A stretch of 63,887 nt of DNA, the filler included, from a bacterium (GTDB taxonomy: Bacteria; JALSQH01), in the NCBI GenBank assembly GCA_026985515.1. It is 10 parts of 10 records of this genome, joined end to end, with 100 filler letters (N's around TTAATTAATTAA, not from the genome) between each part and the next. Parts side by side here need not be neighbours in the genome. Positions count along the whole stretch, not along the records: positions 39,305 to 51,471 come from JALSQH010000125.1; positions 51,572 to 54,677 come from JALSQH010000126.1; positions 54,778 to 57,894 come from JALSQH010000127.1; positions 57,995 to 61,044 come from JALSQH010000129.1; 6 more parts are not named here. The stretch is one strand, 5' to 3'. The position numbers and the translations under genes were made by a program. Shown piece after piece: positions 50,559 through 59,840 of this stretch; within the stretch, counting starts at the first letter, position 1, and each line of letters opens with the position of its first letter. A model generated the notes under the pieces. It searched no databases, had not been told where the DNA came from, and saw only the letters and a list, made by a program, of their open reading frames with translations.

Positions 50559-51422
50559 ATGTTTTCTCTTTCAACTCACATTTTTGCCTTTTACAGACTT
50601 GGTGAATCAGAGATAAAAAGTGTTGCAGAGTATGGGTTTAATATAGTTGAACTCTGGGGTGCGCCTCCACATTTTGATTACAGGGACAGGAAGTATGTTG
50701 GGAGAGTGAAGGAATTTTTTGAAAAGTATGGTGTCTCCATTGCGAGTGTTCATTCTCCTTTTTATCAAAGGCTCGTAAATAAGAAGCCTGCAGATTATTT
50801 TTCGCTTTCCAGTTGCGAAGACAGAGTAAGAAATAGGGCCATTGATGAAACTCTGTTTCTTCTTGATTCTCTTGACGGGTTTTCATTGATGGCACCGGTC
50901 CCGGTTGTGATTCACACGGGCATAGAATCGGAAGATGAGGATGATATCGTAAAGTGCAAATGGGATAACCTTGCAGAGTCAGTGGAGAAGCTTCTGAAAA
51001 AGATTATCGGCTCACCATTTATCCTTGCCCTTGAAAATGGTAGTGGAGGAAAGGATCGACCTCGTGATGTGGCTTTTTTCGTTTCCGGGTTTTCGTCGCC
51101 ATATTTGAGATTATGTTTTGATGTGGGTCACGCCAGTATCACTGACAGGGATTGGATCGATGTTTTAGAGGAAATAAAAAAAATGGTTGTTGATTATCAC
51201 ATTCATGATAATTCCGGTTTCAAAGATGAACATCTCCCACCCGGTGAAGGTTCGATCGATTTTGATAAATTTTTCAAAGTGGCTGGTGAAAATTCTCTTT
51301 TCACCCTTGAATTGATGGATTACAGTAGAGGTGAGGATAAACATAGTGCCCTTGTGCCTGTGGGGAAGTCCATCAAATTTTTGGGAAGGAGGGGGTTATG
51401 GAATCTCTCTTTAAAAAAATAA
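50559..51422 (+). CDS. Sugar phosphate isomerase/epimerase (AP-endonuclease-2 TIM barrel)
   Basis: VELW, SVHSP, LALEN, FDVGHA, HIHDN, DEHLPPGEGSIDF, TLE. Confidence 0.88.
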   Translation: MFSLSTHIFAFYRLGESEIKSVAEYGFNIVELWGAPPHFDYRDRKYVGRVKEFFEKYGVSIASVHSPFYQRLVNKKPADYFSLSSCEDRVRNRAIDETLFLLDSLDGFSLMAPVPVVIHTGIESEDEDDIVKCKWDNLAESVEKLLKKIIGSPFILALENGSGGKDRPRDVAFFVSGFSSPYLRLCFDVGHASITDRDWIDVLEEIKKMVVDYHIHDNSGFKDEHLPPGEGSIDFDKFFKVAGENSLFTLELMDYSRGEDKHSALVPVGKSIKFLGRRGLWNLSLKK

Positions 51423-51471
51423 TTGTTGCTCTTCTTGCCGCAGGTTTTCCCGAACCAGAGGCCATAAATAG

Positions 51472-51571
51472 NNNNNNNNNNNNNNNNNNNNNNNNNNNNN
51501 NNNNNNNNNNNNNNNTTAATTAATTAANNNNNNNNNNNNNNNNNNNNNNNNNNNNNNNNNNNNNNNNNNNN
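51472..51571. other. Artificial contig spacer
   Basis: N44-TTAATTAATTAA-N44. Confidence 0.98.
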
Positions 51572-52076
51572 CCATCATAGCAGCAATAAGAGGAACAACT
51601 CCTGACATTACCACTTCTTCCTGGAAAAGGTACCCTGTCCCTGCAAAAGCTGAAATAAAATCTGGATGAGTTCCCTTGGGATCTATCCTGGCCCCTGCAG
51701 AATCAATTAACCAGATCATTGGCATCTTTTCCTTCAGTGCAAGCTCTCTCAGTCTTGTCACCTTTGTTTCACCCGTTGGACCTATGGAGCCACCCTTCAC
51801 AGTGAAGTCATATGCGGCAATCGCTGCCCATCTTCCATTTATTTTTCCATAACCTGTGATGACCCCATCAGCAGGGACAAATTCGTCACTCATCATAACA
51901 GTACCATGAATTCCTATCTCAAGAAATGTGCCAGGATCCACCAGAAGATCAATCCTCTCCCTCGCAGTGAGTTTGCCCCTCTCATGTTGTCTTTTAATCT
52001 TTTCAGGACCACCCATTTGCTTGATTTTTTCCCTCCTCTCATGCAACTCCTTAACCATTTCACGCATACTGGGCAT
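51572..52076 (-). CDS. Acyl-CoA carboxylase carboxyltransferase (beta) subunit, 3'-truncated
   Basis: GG..I.RQHERGKLTARERI..L.DPGTF.E, PADGVITG, DFTVKGGS, DSAGARI. Confidence 0.93.
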
Positions 52077-52116
52077 CTCTTCCTCCTTTTTGTTTTATTA
52101 GTGAATACTTACTTAT

Positions 52117-52145
52117 AGTATAGAAAAATAAATAGTTATAGTCAA
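52117..52145 (-). promoter_or_regulatory. Near-consensus sigma-70 promoter of the carboxyltransferase gene
   Basis: Minus strand TTGACT-N17-TATACT, followed by an AAGGAGG RBS. Confidence 0.7.
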
Positions 52146-52184
52146 GAAATCGCTTTAAGCTTAGAAATGAAAAAACCAAATTTA

Positions 52185-52649
52185 TTATCTAGCTGGAAAT
52201 GTTTTATTTTTATTTGATCTATTATCCTTACTTCCTGAACATCTCACAGGGAGTATAACTTTTACAATTTCCCCCCTTGCTGGATAAATATTTATCCAGT
52301 TAGAAGAACATCTTCCATTATCTACTCTTATACTGTATATGCAAGGGATATTTGTTATCCACTCAAACAGATTTCTCTTAACTTTAAATGAAATTTGTTT
52401 TCCATGATTATCCACTATCGTTACAACACCACCTTTCACCGGTCCCCTGATTTTGCCAATCATTCTTATAAAGATAGTATCGGGACATCCATCGCTGTCC
52501 TCAAACCCATTTACTATTTCCTTTTGCTGTGGACAGAGATCTGCTCTGTCATTTACTCCATCTCTATCCTTATCATAATTAGAAGCAAAGACCACCCCTG
52601 CTGTAAGAAAAATCGTTAATACAAGCATAAATACCCGCATCTTTCTCAT
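52185..52649 (-). CDS. Small secreted protein with a thrombospondin type-3-like Ca-binding repeat
   Basis: Signal peptide from ATG 52649; DKDRDGVNDRADLCP..E..NGFEDSDGCPD. Confidence 0.7.
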   Translation of the reverse strand: MRKMRVFMLVLTIFLTAGVVFASNYDKDRDGVNDRADLCPQQKEIVNGFEDSDGCPDTIFIRMIGKIRGPVKGGVVTIVDNHGKQISFKVKRNLFEWITNIPCIYSIRVDNGRCSSNWINIYPARGEIVKVILPVRCSGSKDNRSNKNKTFPAR

Positions 52650-52653
52650 TTTT

Positions 52654-53295
52654 TTACTCCTCAACATTAAATCTGACTGGTGACTCTGGTATAGATAGAA
52701 ATCCCAGAGAATCAACAGACTGCACAGTTACATAAAAAGCTCCCTTTCGGAAGGATAAAAACTCTATCCTGCTGTCATGAATTACCCCTGCAAAAACCAC
52801 TTCTACTTTTTACAAAGAATTTTCCTTCATAGGAACTTAATCTGGAATTTTTACTTTTATCCACATCTGAAAAAACTTTTGTACCCCTTATCCCCATCAC
52901 TGAGGAAGGTAATTTTATCTGATACGACTTTTTCAGTTTTAATGACCTGACAATTCTAAAAAAACTTTACCTGTAAAATTAATAATCTTTACGAAAAGGG
53001 CGTTCTTCTTTTTATTCAGAATAACATTATCAAGCTTTAGCACAGAATTTTCCAGTAATTTTATTTCTGACCCATCTGGAAAAACAAGAACACATCTCCC
53101 ATTTTCTGTCCTGATTTCACCCTCGGGCGGAATCACATCCCCATTTCTTAACCACTTTTCTCCTTTATCAGTTATATAGAGAACCTGTTTTTCTTTCGCG
53201 AACTTTATCTTTATGGTAAGTCTTACTTCTGACAATAAACTCAGTGGCAGACTCAAATATGCTGATACGAGAAATAGTACTATTAATTTTTTCAT
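52654..53295 (-). pseudogene. FecR-domain protein gene with two frameshifts
   Basis: Frame 1 stops at 52939. A shifted frame continues YQIKLPSSVMGIRGT..SSYEG, then the original frame resumes with GAFYVTVQSVDSLGF..P..PVRF to TAA 52654. Confidence 0.75.
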
Positions 53296-53304
53296 CAAGT
53301 CCCC

Positions 53305-54677
53305 CTATTTACTGCCTTTTCTTCTGACAATTTCAAATTCAACTCTCCTGTTCATAGCCCTTCCCTCTGATGTTGAGTTATCAGCAATAGGATAATCCTC
53401 TCCATATCCCACTGCTTCAAGTTTCTGGGGCGGTATACCCTTCTTAATAAGATAGTTTCGAACAGCATTTGCCCTCCTTTGAGACAGCCTGAGATTGTAT
53501 TTTCTACTCCCCACAGAATCGGTATGTCCTTTTATTATTATCTTCTCAATTTCTGGATGTTTTTTGATTGTTTCAACCAGGGCATCTAAAATCGGATATG
53601 ATTTTGGAAGTATCCTTGCTGAATTTGTCTTGAAAAGGATCTTATCCTTAATAAATATTTCCTTTTCGGTCACCACCACCTTCTCTTTTTTCTCCCGTTT
53701 CACCATTTCAATCACTGACTTAACATTCTGATTCCATCCAACGGTTACCGTAGTGTTAATTGGATAATAACCTTCCGAGGTGAATACGAATCTATAAGTA
53801 CCAGGTTTTAAAATAATACTCCATTTCCCATCTCTGAAAATATCTTTGACATTCATTTCTGGAAGGAAGATCTCCCCTTTCTTAACAAATTTTCCAGTCT
53901 TGAAATTAATAATTCTGAAACTAACACTACCAAGTTGCCGGTTTTTCTTTTCTGACAATTCCAGGGGATTCTTTCTCATTATGATTTTTATTTCTCTCTT
54001 CTTGTTACCTCTTACTTTCAGATCAGTCTGAACCTGATAGTATCCTTTTTTCCTGGCGATCAATTTATAATTACCCTCCCGGAGACTTAATTTCGCAATA
54101 CCAAATTTAGTTTTAATAGAATCTTTTTTCTTATCTTTCATTATTACAATTGCTACATCACTTAATGGCTCACCTTCTTCATTAACAATACCAATAACCA
54201 CTTCTCCTCTTTCAGGTTTTTTCTTTACAATTCGTTTTTTCTTTTTCACAACAGGTACAATTTTCTGCTTTACCTTTTTCTCTGGAACATAGAAAACTCC
54301 CAGGATCATTCTCCACGAGGGTACACCAATACCACCACTCAATCCAATGCTGCCACCAAAATTCAAGACAATTCTATCAATCAACTTACTCATACCAAAA
54401 TACAGCTCATTGTCATTATAATTAGCACCCTTTGATCTGTGTAAAACCTGCGTACTTCCCCTGTATTCCACAAATGGTGTTAGAGTGGAACTGTGTTTGT
54501 AGCTGAAAGAAAATCCATAAAAGATCTTATCATCAAATGCAACTCCGTATTCCTTGATAAATGTATAATCCCTTTCCTCATAACCCAGATTAAATCTAAT
54601 AACAATTTTTTTCATAGCAAGATCAGAAAGTAACGCAAAGCCCGGCTGCATAAACCTTGCATCAGTACCACCAAATT
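53305..54677 (-). CDS. OmpA-family outer-membrane protein (barrel + two beta-sandwich domains + OmpA-C), 5'-truncated
   Basis: GGSIGLSGGIGVPSWR barrel end; ILFKTNSA, GHTDSVG..YN..LSQRRA, GYGE..PIA, NRRVEF. Confidence 0.9.
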
Positions 54678-54777
54678 NNNNNNNNNNNNNNNNNNNNNNN
54701 NNNNNNNNNNNNNNNNNNNNNTTAATTAATTAANNNNNNNNNNNNNNNNNNNNNNNNNNNNNNNNNNNNNNNNNNNN
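54678..54777. other. Artificial contig spacer
   Basis: N44-TTAATTAATTAA-N44. Confidence 0.98.
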
Positions 54778-54803
54778 TAATTCAATGAATTCTCGATCGA
54801 TGT

Positions 54804-55493
54804 TCATTTTTCCTCAGGGGGAGAAAAATCCCCCGATCTCTTTAAAACCTCCCTTATAAGGGTTTCTATTCCATAGTAAGCATTTTCCTTTACAAGTTCA
54901 GCGACAGCTTCCCGGTCCCTGCGTTTAATTGCATCAATGATCTGCCAGTGCTGCTCTATGGAACCCTCCATCTTTTTCAGGAGAGTCAGGTACCATCTGA
55001 ATCTCTGAAATCTCTGGTAGAGATTTTCCAGAATCTGTAACAGCAATTTATTTTCACAATGTTTTATCAATTGCTTGTGAAACTCATTATGCGCCCTGTA
55101 AAGCTCCTTTACATCCCCGGCCTTGTAGGCCTTCTCCATTTTTTTATTCAGAGATTCAAGTTTTTTTATATCCTTTTCTGTCATCTTATCGAGAGTTCTG
55201 GTCGCAGCATAACTTTCCAGAAGAGCTCTGAGTTCATAAAAATTTCTCACATCCTCTTCTGTAATTGTGGCAACAACGGCACCCTTTCTGGGAATAATTT
55301 TTACAAACCCCTCAGACTCCAGCTGCCAGAGAGCTTCCCTCACAGGAGTTCTGCTTATACCATACTCCTCTGCCAGTTCCATCTCGGAAATTTTGGTACC
55401 GGGCTTCAATTTGTTCTTAATTATTGCCTCGCGTAAAATGTCAACTATCTCTTCTCTAAGGGTTTTTGAAAATCTATTCACCCGTGACATCAT
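54804..55493 (-). CDS. GntR-family (FadR/FCD) transcription regulator
   Basis: LKPGTKISE..LA..YGISRTPVREAL wHTH; FCD domain (NEFH, N..L, EQH..IIDAI); start moved to ATG 55493. Confidence 0.93.
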   Translation of the reverse strand: MMSRVNRFSKTLREEIVDILREAIIKNKLKPGTKISEMELAEEYGISRTPVREALWQLESEGFVKIIPRKGAVVATITEEDVRNFYELRALLESYAATRTLDKMTEKDIKKLESLNKKMEKAYKAGDVKELYRAHNEFHKQLIKHCENKLLLQILENLYQRFQRFRWYLTLLKKMEGSIEQHWQIIDAIKRRDREAVAELVKENAYYGIETLIREVLKRSGDFSPPEEK

Positions 55494-55511
55494 AAAAGCT
55501 CCAGCGTTTAC

Positions 55512-55539
55512 ATTGTATACAATATACAACTATTGTCAA
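55512..55539 (-). promoter_or_regulatory. gntR promoter with an overlapping palindromic operator
   Basis: TTGACA-N16-TACAAT; perfect palindrome ATTGTATACAAT (55512-55523) over the -10. Confidence 0.7.
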
Positions 55540-55558
55540 GAGAGAAAGAGTAAAAACC

Positions 55559-55587
55559 TTGTCCCTTATGCTCAACGCTGTTATAAT
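55559..55587 (+). promoter_or_regulatory. Sigma-70 promoter of rpoN
   Basis: TTGTCC-N17-TATAAT with extended TG, 8 nt before ATG 55596. Confidence 0.6.
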
Positions 55588-55595
55588 AATAATTG

Positions 55596-57209
55596 ATGGA
55601 AAAAAGCAAATTTGGAATGGGATTAACCCAGAATCTCACCCAGAATCTTTCGCTGAAACAGACACAGGTTCAGACTCAGCAGATAATAACTGCCAATATG
55701 CTTGAACTCTCTCCCGATGCACTGGAGGAGTTTGCAAGTTTAAAATCACAGGAGATACTCTTCATTGAAACTCCCTCATCAGATGGAAAACCTCTTACCA
55801 GGGAAGATCTTGATCAGCTCCTTGATCAACCAAGGAGCTACCCTACCGGATACAGTCGGGGATATGCAAGAAAGCTGGAAGAAGAGGAGGAATTTGACTA
55901 TTTTGCCAACATAAACACAGCCAAAACCCTCCAGGAATATCTCCTTGATCAGTTCAGAATCGCAGCAAACAGCGAGAGAGAACTCTATATAGGTATAAGA
56001 ATAATCATGAACATCGATGAAAGAGGCTTCATTCCAGACAGGGTAATAACCAGAACAATAGAATATTACGAGGATGAAGGTGAACGGCGAAGGGAAAAGA
56101 AGGAACAAATATACCTTAACCCCTGGAGGGAGCTGGTGGAAGAACTCACAAATCCCGATTCCTGTGACCTCGAACCACCACCCACCGAAGAGGAGATTGA
56201 AGGGGTGCTGAAAAAGATTCAGCAGCTTGACCCACCTGGAATAGCCGCCAGAAATCTCGCAGAGTCTCTTCTTCTCCAGTTGAGGGATAAAGAAAATGAG
56301 AAGGGAGTGGATCATGCAAGGAGAATAGTTGAGGCAATAATGGAAGATGAAGAAAAGATGGCGGAGTTAATTCGATTGAACCGGTATGATGAAATTGCTG
56401 AGATTACAGGACTGGAAATCAGCGAAGTTAAGGAGGGTCTTGAACTTCTCTCCTCCCTTACACCATCTCCAGCTGCCCTCTACAGGGAGCAGACTCTGAA
56501 AACCACAATTGACAGCATGTCATCAAACATAATCAAGCCAGTTGCAACGATAAAAAAGGTAAAAAGTTATATCTATGTTAATGGAACAAAGCGGGAAGTT
56601 GAAGACATAGACTATGAAATGGAAAATGTTTATACGAGGGTGATAAAGGTTAAGGAGGATCTCTGGAGAAAAATCAGGGAAAAATGGGAAACAATATCTG
56701 ATGATGATAAGGAAAAATTGAAAAGATTCTACAATGAAGCTCTCCAGCTCAGAAAATCCGCTGAGTTTGCTGAAAGTGTGATTGAAAAAATCATAAAAGA
56801 ACTGATCAGAGTGCAGAAGGAATTTTTTCTCACGGGGGACAAACTGAAATTAAAATCAATAACGATGAAAGAACTGGCAGAGAAAATTGGTGTGAATCAT
56901 GGTACAGTCAGCAGAGCAATTAAGGACAGGTATATTCAGACCCCATATGGACTGATGAAGATAAAAGATCTTCTTCCCAAGGGTATCTCAAAAACTGGTG
57001 CCCTGTATGGAGAAAAGGTTTCAGTAAATGTTGTTAAAGACCTGATCAGGAAATTGATTGAATCAGAACCACCCGACAAACCTTACAGCGACGATATGAT
57101 AAGTCAAATACTGAATAGAAGGGGTTACAAAGTAGCAAGAAGAACAGTAACAAAATACCGGGAACAGATGGGAATCCCCAGCAGTTCCCGGCGAAAGAAA
57201 AGAAATTAG
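55596..57209 (+). CDS. rpoN: RNA polymerase sigma-54 factor
   Basis: Q/L-rich region I, IQQLDPPGIAARNLAESLLLQL, HGTVSRA..YIQTP, RpoN box ARRTVTKYRE. Confidence 0.95.
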   Translation: MEKSKFGMGLTQNLTQNLSLKQTQVQTQQIITANMLELSPDALEEFASLKSQEILFIETPSSDGKPLTREDLDQLLDQPRSYPTGYSRGYARKLEEEEEFDYFANINTAKTLQEYLLDQFRIAANSERELYIGIRIIMNIDERGFIPDRVITRTIEYYEDEGERRREKKEQIYLNPWRELVEELTNPDSCDLEPPPTEEEIEGVLKKIQQLDPPGIAARNLAESLLLQLRDKENEKGVDHARRIVEAIMEDEEKMAELIRLNRYDEIAEITGLEISEVKEGLELLSSLTPSPAALYREQTLKTTIDSMSSNIIKPVATIKKVKSYIYVNGTKREVEDIDYEMENVYTRVIKVKEDLWRKIREKWETISDDDKEKLKRFYNEALQLRKSAEFAESVIEKIIKELIRVQKEFFLTGDKLKLKSITMKELAEKIGVNHGTVSRAIKDRYIQTPYGLMKIKDLLPKGISKTGALYGEKVSVNVVKDLIRKLIESEPPDKPYSDDMISQILNRRGYKVARRTVTKYREQMGIPSSSRRKKRN

Positions 57210-57212
57210 GAA

Positions 57213-57497
57213 TTATTTCTCCTTCTCCATCTCCACAACTTCCTCTGCACCCTCCTTCAGTGCCTCTTCGATTTCGCCATCGTGGCGTTTCAGTAACTCA
57301 AGGAATTCACCCACGTGTTCCTTTTCCTCTTTTGCAATGTCGTAAAAAACCTTTTTTACCAGTGGATCCTTTGCAAGGGCTGCCAGCTGCTCGTAGAGAT
57401 TGATGGCATCAAGCTCCGCAATCAAACCTATTCTGGCAAGTTCTGCATCGCTTAACTCCCTCAATTTTTCCCAGTTAAAAGGAATACTGGAAAGCAT
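57213..57497 (-). CDS. Short ferritin-like protein (encapsulated-ferritin/Flp type)
   Basis: AELDAINLYEQ..DIAKEEKEHVGEF half four-helix bundle; GGAGG RBS. Confidence 0.85.
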   Translation of the reverse strand: MLSSIPFNWEKLRELSDAELARIGLIAELDAINLYEQLAALAKDPLVKKVFYDIAKEEKEHVGEFLELLKRHDGEIEEALKEGAEEVVEMEKEK

Positions 57498-57510
57498 CTT
57501 AACACCTCCT

Positions 57511-57894
57511 TCATAAAAAGTTCTTTAGATTACTTTCCCATATTTTATCATAAAAGTAGGGTCTATAAAATTTTATCTTCTGGTTGAACCTCGTGGGAAA
57601 GGTTCTGTTGGTGAGCAGAATACCCGCCACCCATTTATCAAGATCCATCCATATTGAGCAACCGGTATATCCAAGATGCCCTATCACATTTCTACCAGCC
57701 TTTTCTCCTGCCTGAGATCTCCGGGGTGAGGGGGTATCCCACCCTGGAAGCCATGTTGAATTCTCAATTCTGAGAGAGAGAATCTCTCTGAGAAAGGATG
57801 AAGGAAAAAAAATATCTTCACCTGAGAAATTTTTCATAAAATCAGCAACATACCGGGAGATGGATTTCAGTGAGGCAAATAAACCTGCATGTCC
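57511..57894 (-). CDS. Serine hydrolase (beta-lactamase class C-like), 5'-truncated
   Basis: GHAGLFAS at the contig edge, GWDTPS, GHLGYTGCSIWMD, LLTNR. Confidence 0.88.
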   Translation of the reverse strand, partial: GHAGLFASLKSISRYVADFMKNFSGEDIFFPSSFLREILSLRIENSTWLPGWDTPSPRRSQAGEKAGRNVIGHLGYTGCSIWMDLDKWVAGILLTNRTFPTRFNQKIKFYRPYFYDKIWESNLKNFL

Positions 57895-57994
57895 NNNNNN
57901 NNNNNNNNNNNNNNNNNNNNNNNNNNNNNNNNNNNNNNTTAATTAATTAANNNNNNNNNNNNNNNNNNNNNNNNNNNNNNNNNNNNNNNNNNNN
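57895..57994. other. Artificial contig spacer
   Basis: N44-TTAATTAATTAA-N44. Confidence 0.98.
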
Positions 57995-58699
57995 ACCGGT
58001 GCAGAAACTGATAAAAAGGGACTTTTTGAAGAAGCTGATGGTGGCACACTTTTCCTGGATGAAGTGGCAGAGTTACCTCCACATCTTCAGGTAAAACTAC
58101 TCAGGGTACTTCAGGAGGGAGAAGTCAGAAGGATTGGAGATGTAAAGGCAAAAAGGGTTGATGTGAGAATAATCGCAGCCACCAATAAAGACATGGAAAA
58201 AGAGGTTTCCGAAGGCAGATTCAGGGAAGATTTATACTACAGGTTAAATGTTGTCAATATCAAAATTCCTCCACTTCGCCAGAGGAAGGAGGATATTCCC
58301 GCATTACTTTACCATTTCATTGACAAATACAACCACATACATGGGAAAGCAGTGAGAAAGGTTGATCCGAGGGTTCTGAAAGCCTTCCTGAACTATACAT
58401 GGAAGGGAAATGTGAGGGAACTGGAAAATGTGGTGGAAAGAGCAATTCTCCTCTGCAACGGTGATACCATAACAGTGGAACATATCCCGGAAGAGATATT
58501 TGTTGAAATTGACACCGAAGATGAGTTTGATTTAAACACAACCCTCAACATTAAGGAAATATGCAGAAAAATTGAAATACAGGCAATAAGAAAGGCTCTC
58601 TCCATCACAAAGGGCAACAAAACAAAAGCAGCAGAATTGCTGGGAATCAGCACCAGAGCACTTCTGTACAAGTTAAAGGATTACGGGATCAATCAGTAA
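57995..58699 (+). CDS. Sigma-54 activator (NtrC family), C-terminal half
   Basis: [43 protein letters not shown], Fis-type HTH. Confidence 0.93.
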   Translation, partial: TGAETDKKGLFEEADGGTLFLDEVAELPPHLQVKLLRVLQEGEVRRIGDVKAKRVDVRIIAATNKDMEKEVSEGRFREDLYYRLNVVNIKIPPLRQRKEDIPALLYHFIDKYNHIHGKAVRKVDPRVLKAFLNYTWKGNVRELENVVERAILLCNGDTITVEHIPEEIFVEIDTEDEFDLNTTLNIKEICRKIEIQAIRKALSITKGNKTKAAELLGISTRALLYKLKDYGINQ

Positions 58700-59480
58700 A
58701 ATACTTTATCCCTGCATAGATGATCAGGGTAAAACCTGCGAGAAAAGCAAAGAGAGGGTAGAGTTTTTTAAAATAAGTAACCCCTCCTTCTCCTCCGATC
58801 TCCACCACCTTCCCGGTCACAAGTACTGGAACCCTGGGAGTAATCGGGTCATTGGAAACGAACCAGATGATCTTCTTGAAGGGTCCGGTATGATTTTCCT
58901 GGAAGCGAAAGGCCACTTCAATACCTTTTAATGGTGGAACTTCGATAGAATTGCTTCCACCTTCAACATTTTTAAATCCTGAATAAACAACTTTAAGGAC
59001 ACCGTTTCCCTTATTTCTTACTCTGATTTTAAACTCTCTTTTTTCACCGGGTAGCAGGAGACCCAGATTTACATTTCTTGGTTCAACTTCTATCCTTGGG
59101 AGCTTCTGTGGATAATATACCCTTCCTTCTATGTCAATGACAACCTTCTGAAATAAAGGATGATCAGTGTAAATCTCAATCGTCTTACCAAAATAACCCA
59201 GAACCCTTGCGTAGAAGGTACCATTGATTATAAGGGTGGAATGGGGAGGAACTGTCTTCTTTGTAAAATTGGGATTTAAGCTTATGCAGCTGCAGTACTT
59301 AACCATTCTGGTAATGTGGTATGGTCTGTCAGAATTATTTATAATTGTAATTCTGAAATTTTTAACACCTCCCCACACAACATCCCCAAGATCAATCTTT
59401 GTAGGTGTTATGAGAAAATCAGCAGAGTACAGAATACCTCCAAGAAAAAACAGAACAGGAATAATAAATTTCAATCTCAT
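58689..59480 (-). CDS. Exported protein with two DUF1573-like Ig domains and a C-terminal membrane anchor
   Basis: Signal peptide from ATG 59480; IDLGDV..IN..CSC..GYFGKTI..TD.P and a second repeat; GGEGG linker before a TM helix. Confidence 0.75.
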   Translation of the reverse strand: MRLKFIIPVLFFLGGILYSADFLITPTKIDLGDVVWGGVKNFRITIINNSDRPYHITRMVKYCSCISLNPNFTKKTVPPHSTLIINGTFYARVLGYFGKTIEIYTDHPLFQKVVIDIEGRVYYPQKLPRIEVEPRNVNLGLLLPGEKREFKIRVRNKGNGVLKVVYSGFKNVEGGSNSIEVPPLKGIEVAFRFQENHTGPFKKIIWFVSNDPITPRVPVLVTGKVVEIGGEGGVTYFKKLYPLFAFLAGFTLIIYAGIKYFTD

Positions 59481-59785
59481 TACCTGGGACCTCCGCATTT
59501 ATCTTTTGTCAGGTTCCTTACAGCCTTCAGGATCATGACTTTATTTTTTACCTCGTAAAAAAATCTTCCAGACAACCCAATCTGAAGTTTCTCCTTTCCA
59601 GGGAAGGAAGAGGGAACAGCAAGTTTTAAATTTTCATTAACCGTTATCCATCCCTTTTCAAGATTAACCGCCGTTATTTTTCCATCCACATATTTTACAT
59701 TTTTCACCCCAACAACTGCATGGGCACCTGTGGTAACAAACCCCAATATTGTTATCACAACCAAAACAAACTTGATTTTTCTCAT
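59480..59785 (-). CDS. Small secreted OB-fold-like protein
   Basis: Signal peptide ending AHA; VDGKITAVN..GWITV..LQIG pattern. Confidence 0.6.
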   Translation of the reverse strand: MRKIKFVLVVITILGFVTTGAHAVVGVKNVKYVDGKITAVNLEKGWITVNENLKLAVPSSFPGKEKLQIGLSGRFFYEVKNKVMILKAVRNLTKDKCGGPR

Positions 59786-59807
59786 CGGTTTCACCTCCTT
59801 TACAATT

Positions 59808-59840
59808 TACAATAAAGGAGGGAGCTGAATCTCCCTCCTT
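59808..59840 (-). terminator. Probable intrinsic terminator after pilY1
   Basis: Perfect 10-bp stem AAGGAGGGAG/CTCCCTCCTT (59815-59840), 6-nt loop, T-rich tail on the minus strand. Confidence 0.65.

Noticed and set aside
54778-54807. Gene start MNIDREFIEL overlapping the gntR stop (also MESLFKKII at 51398)
   Set aside because: Probably real gene starts cut by gaps, but too short to assign.
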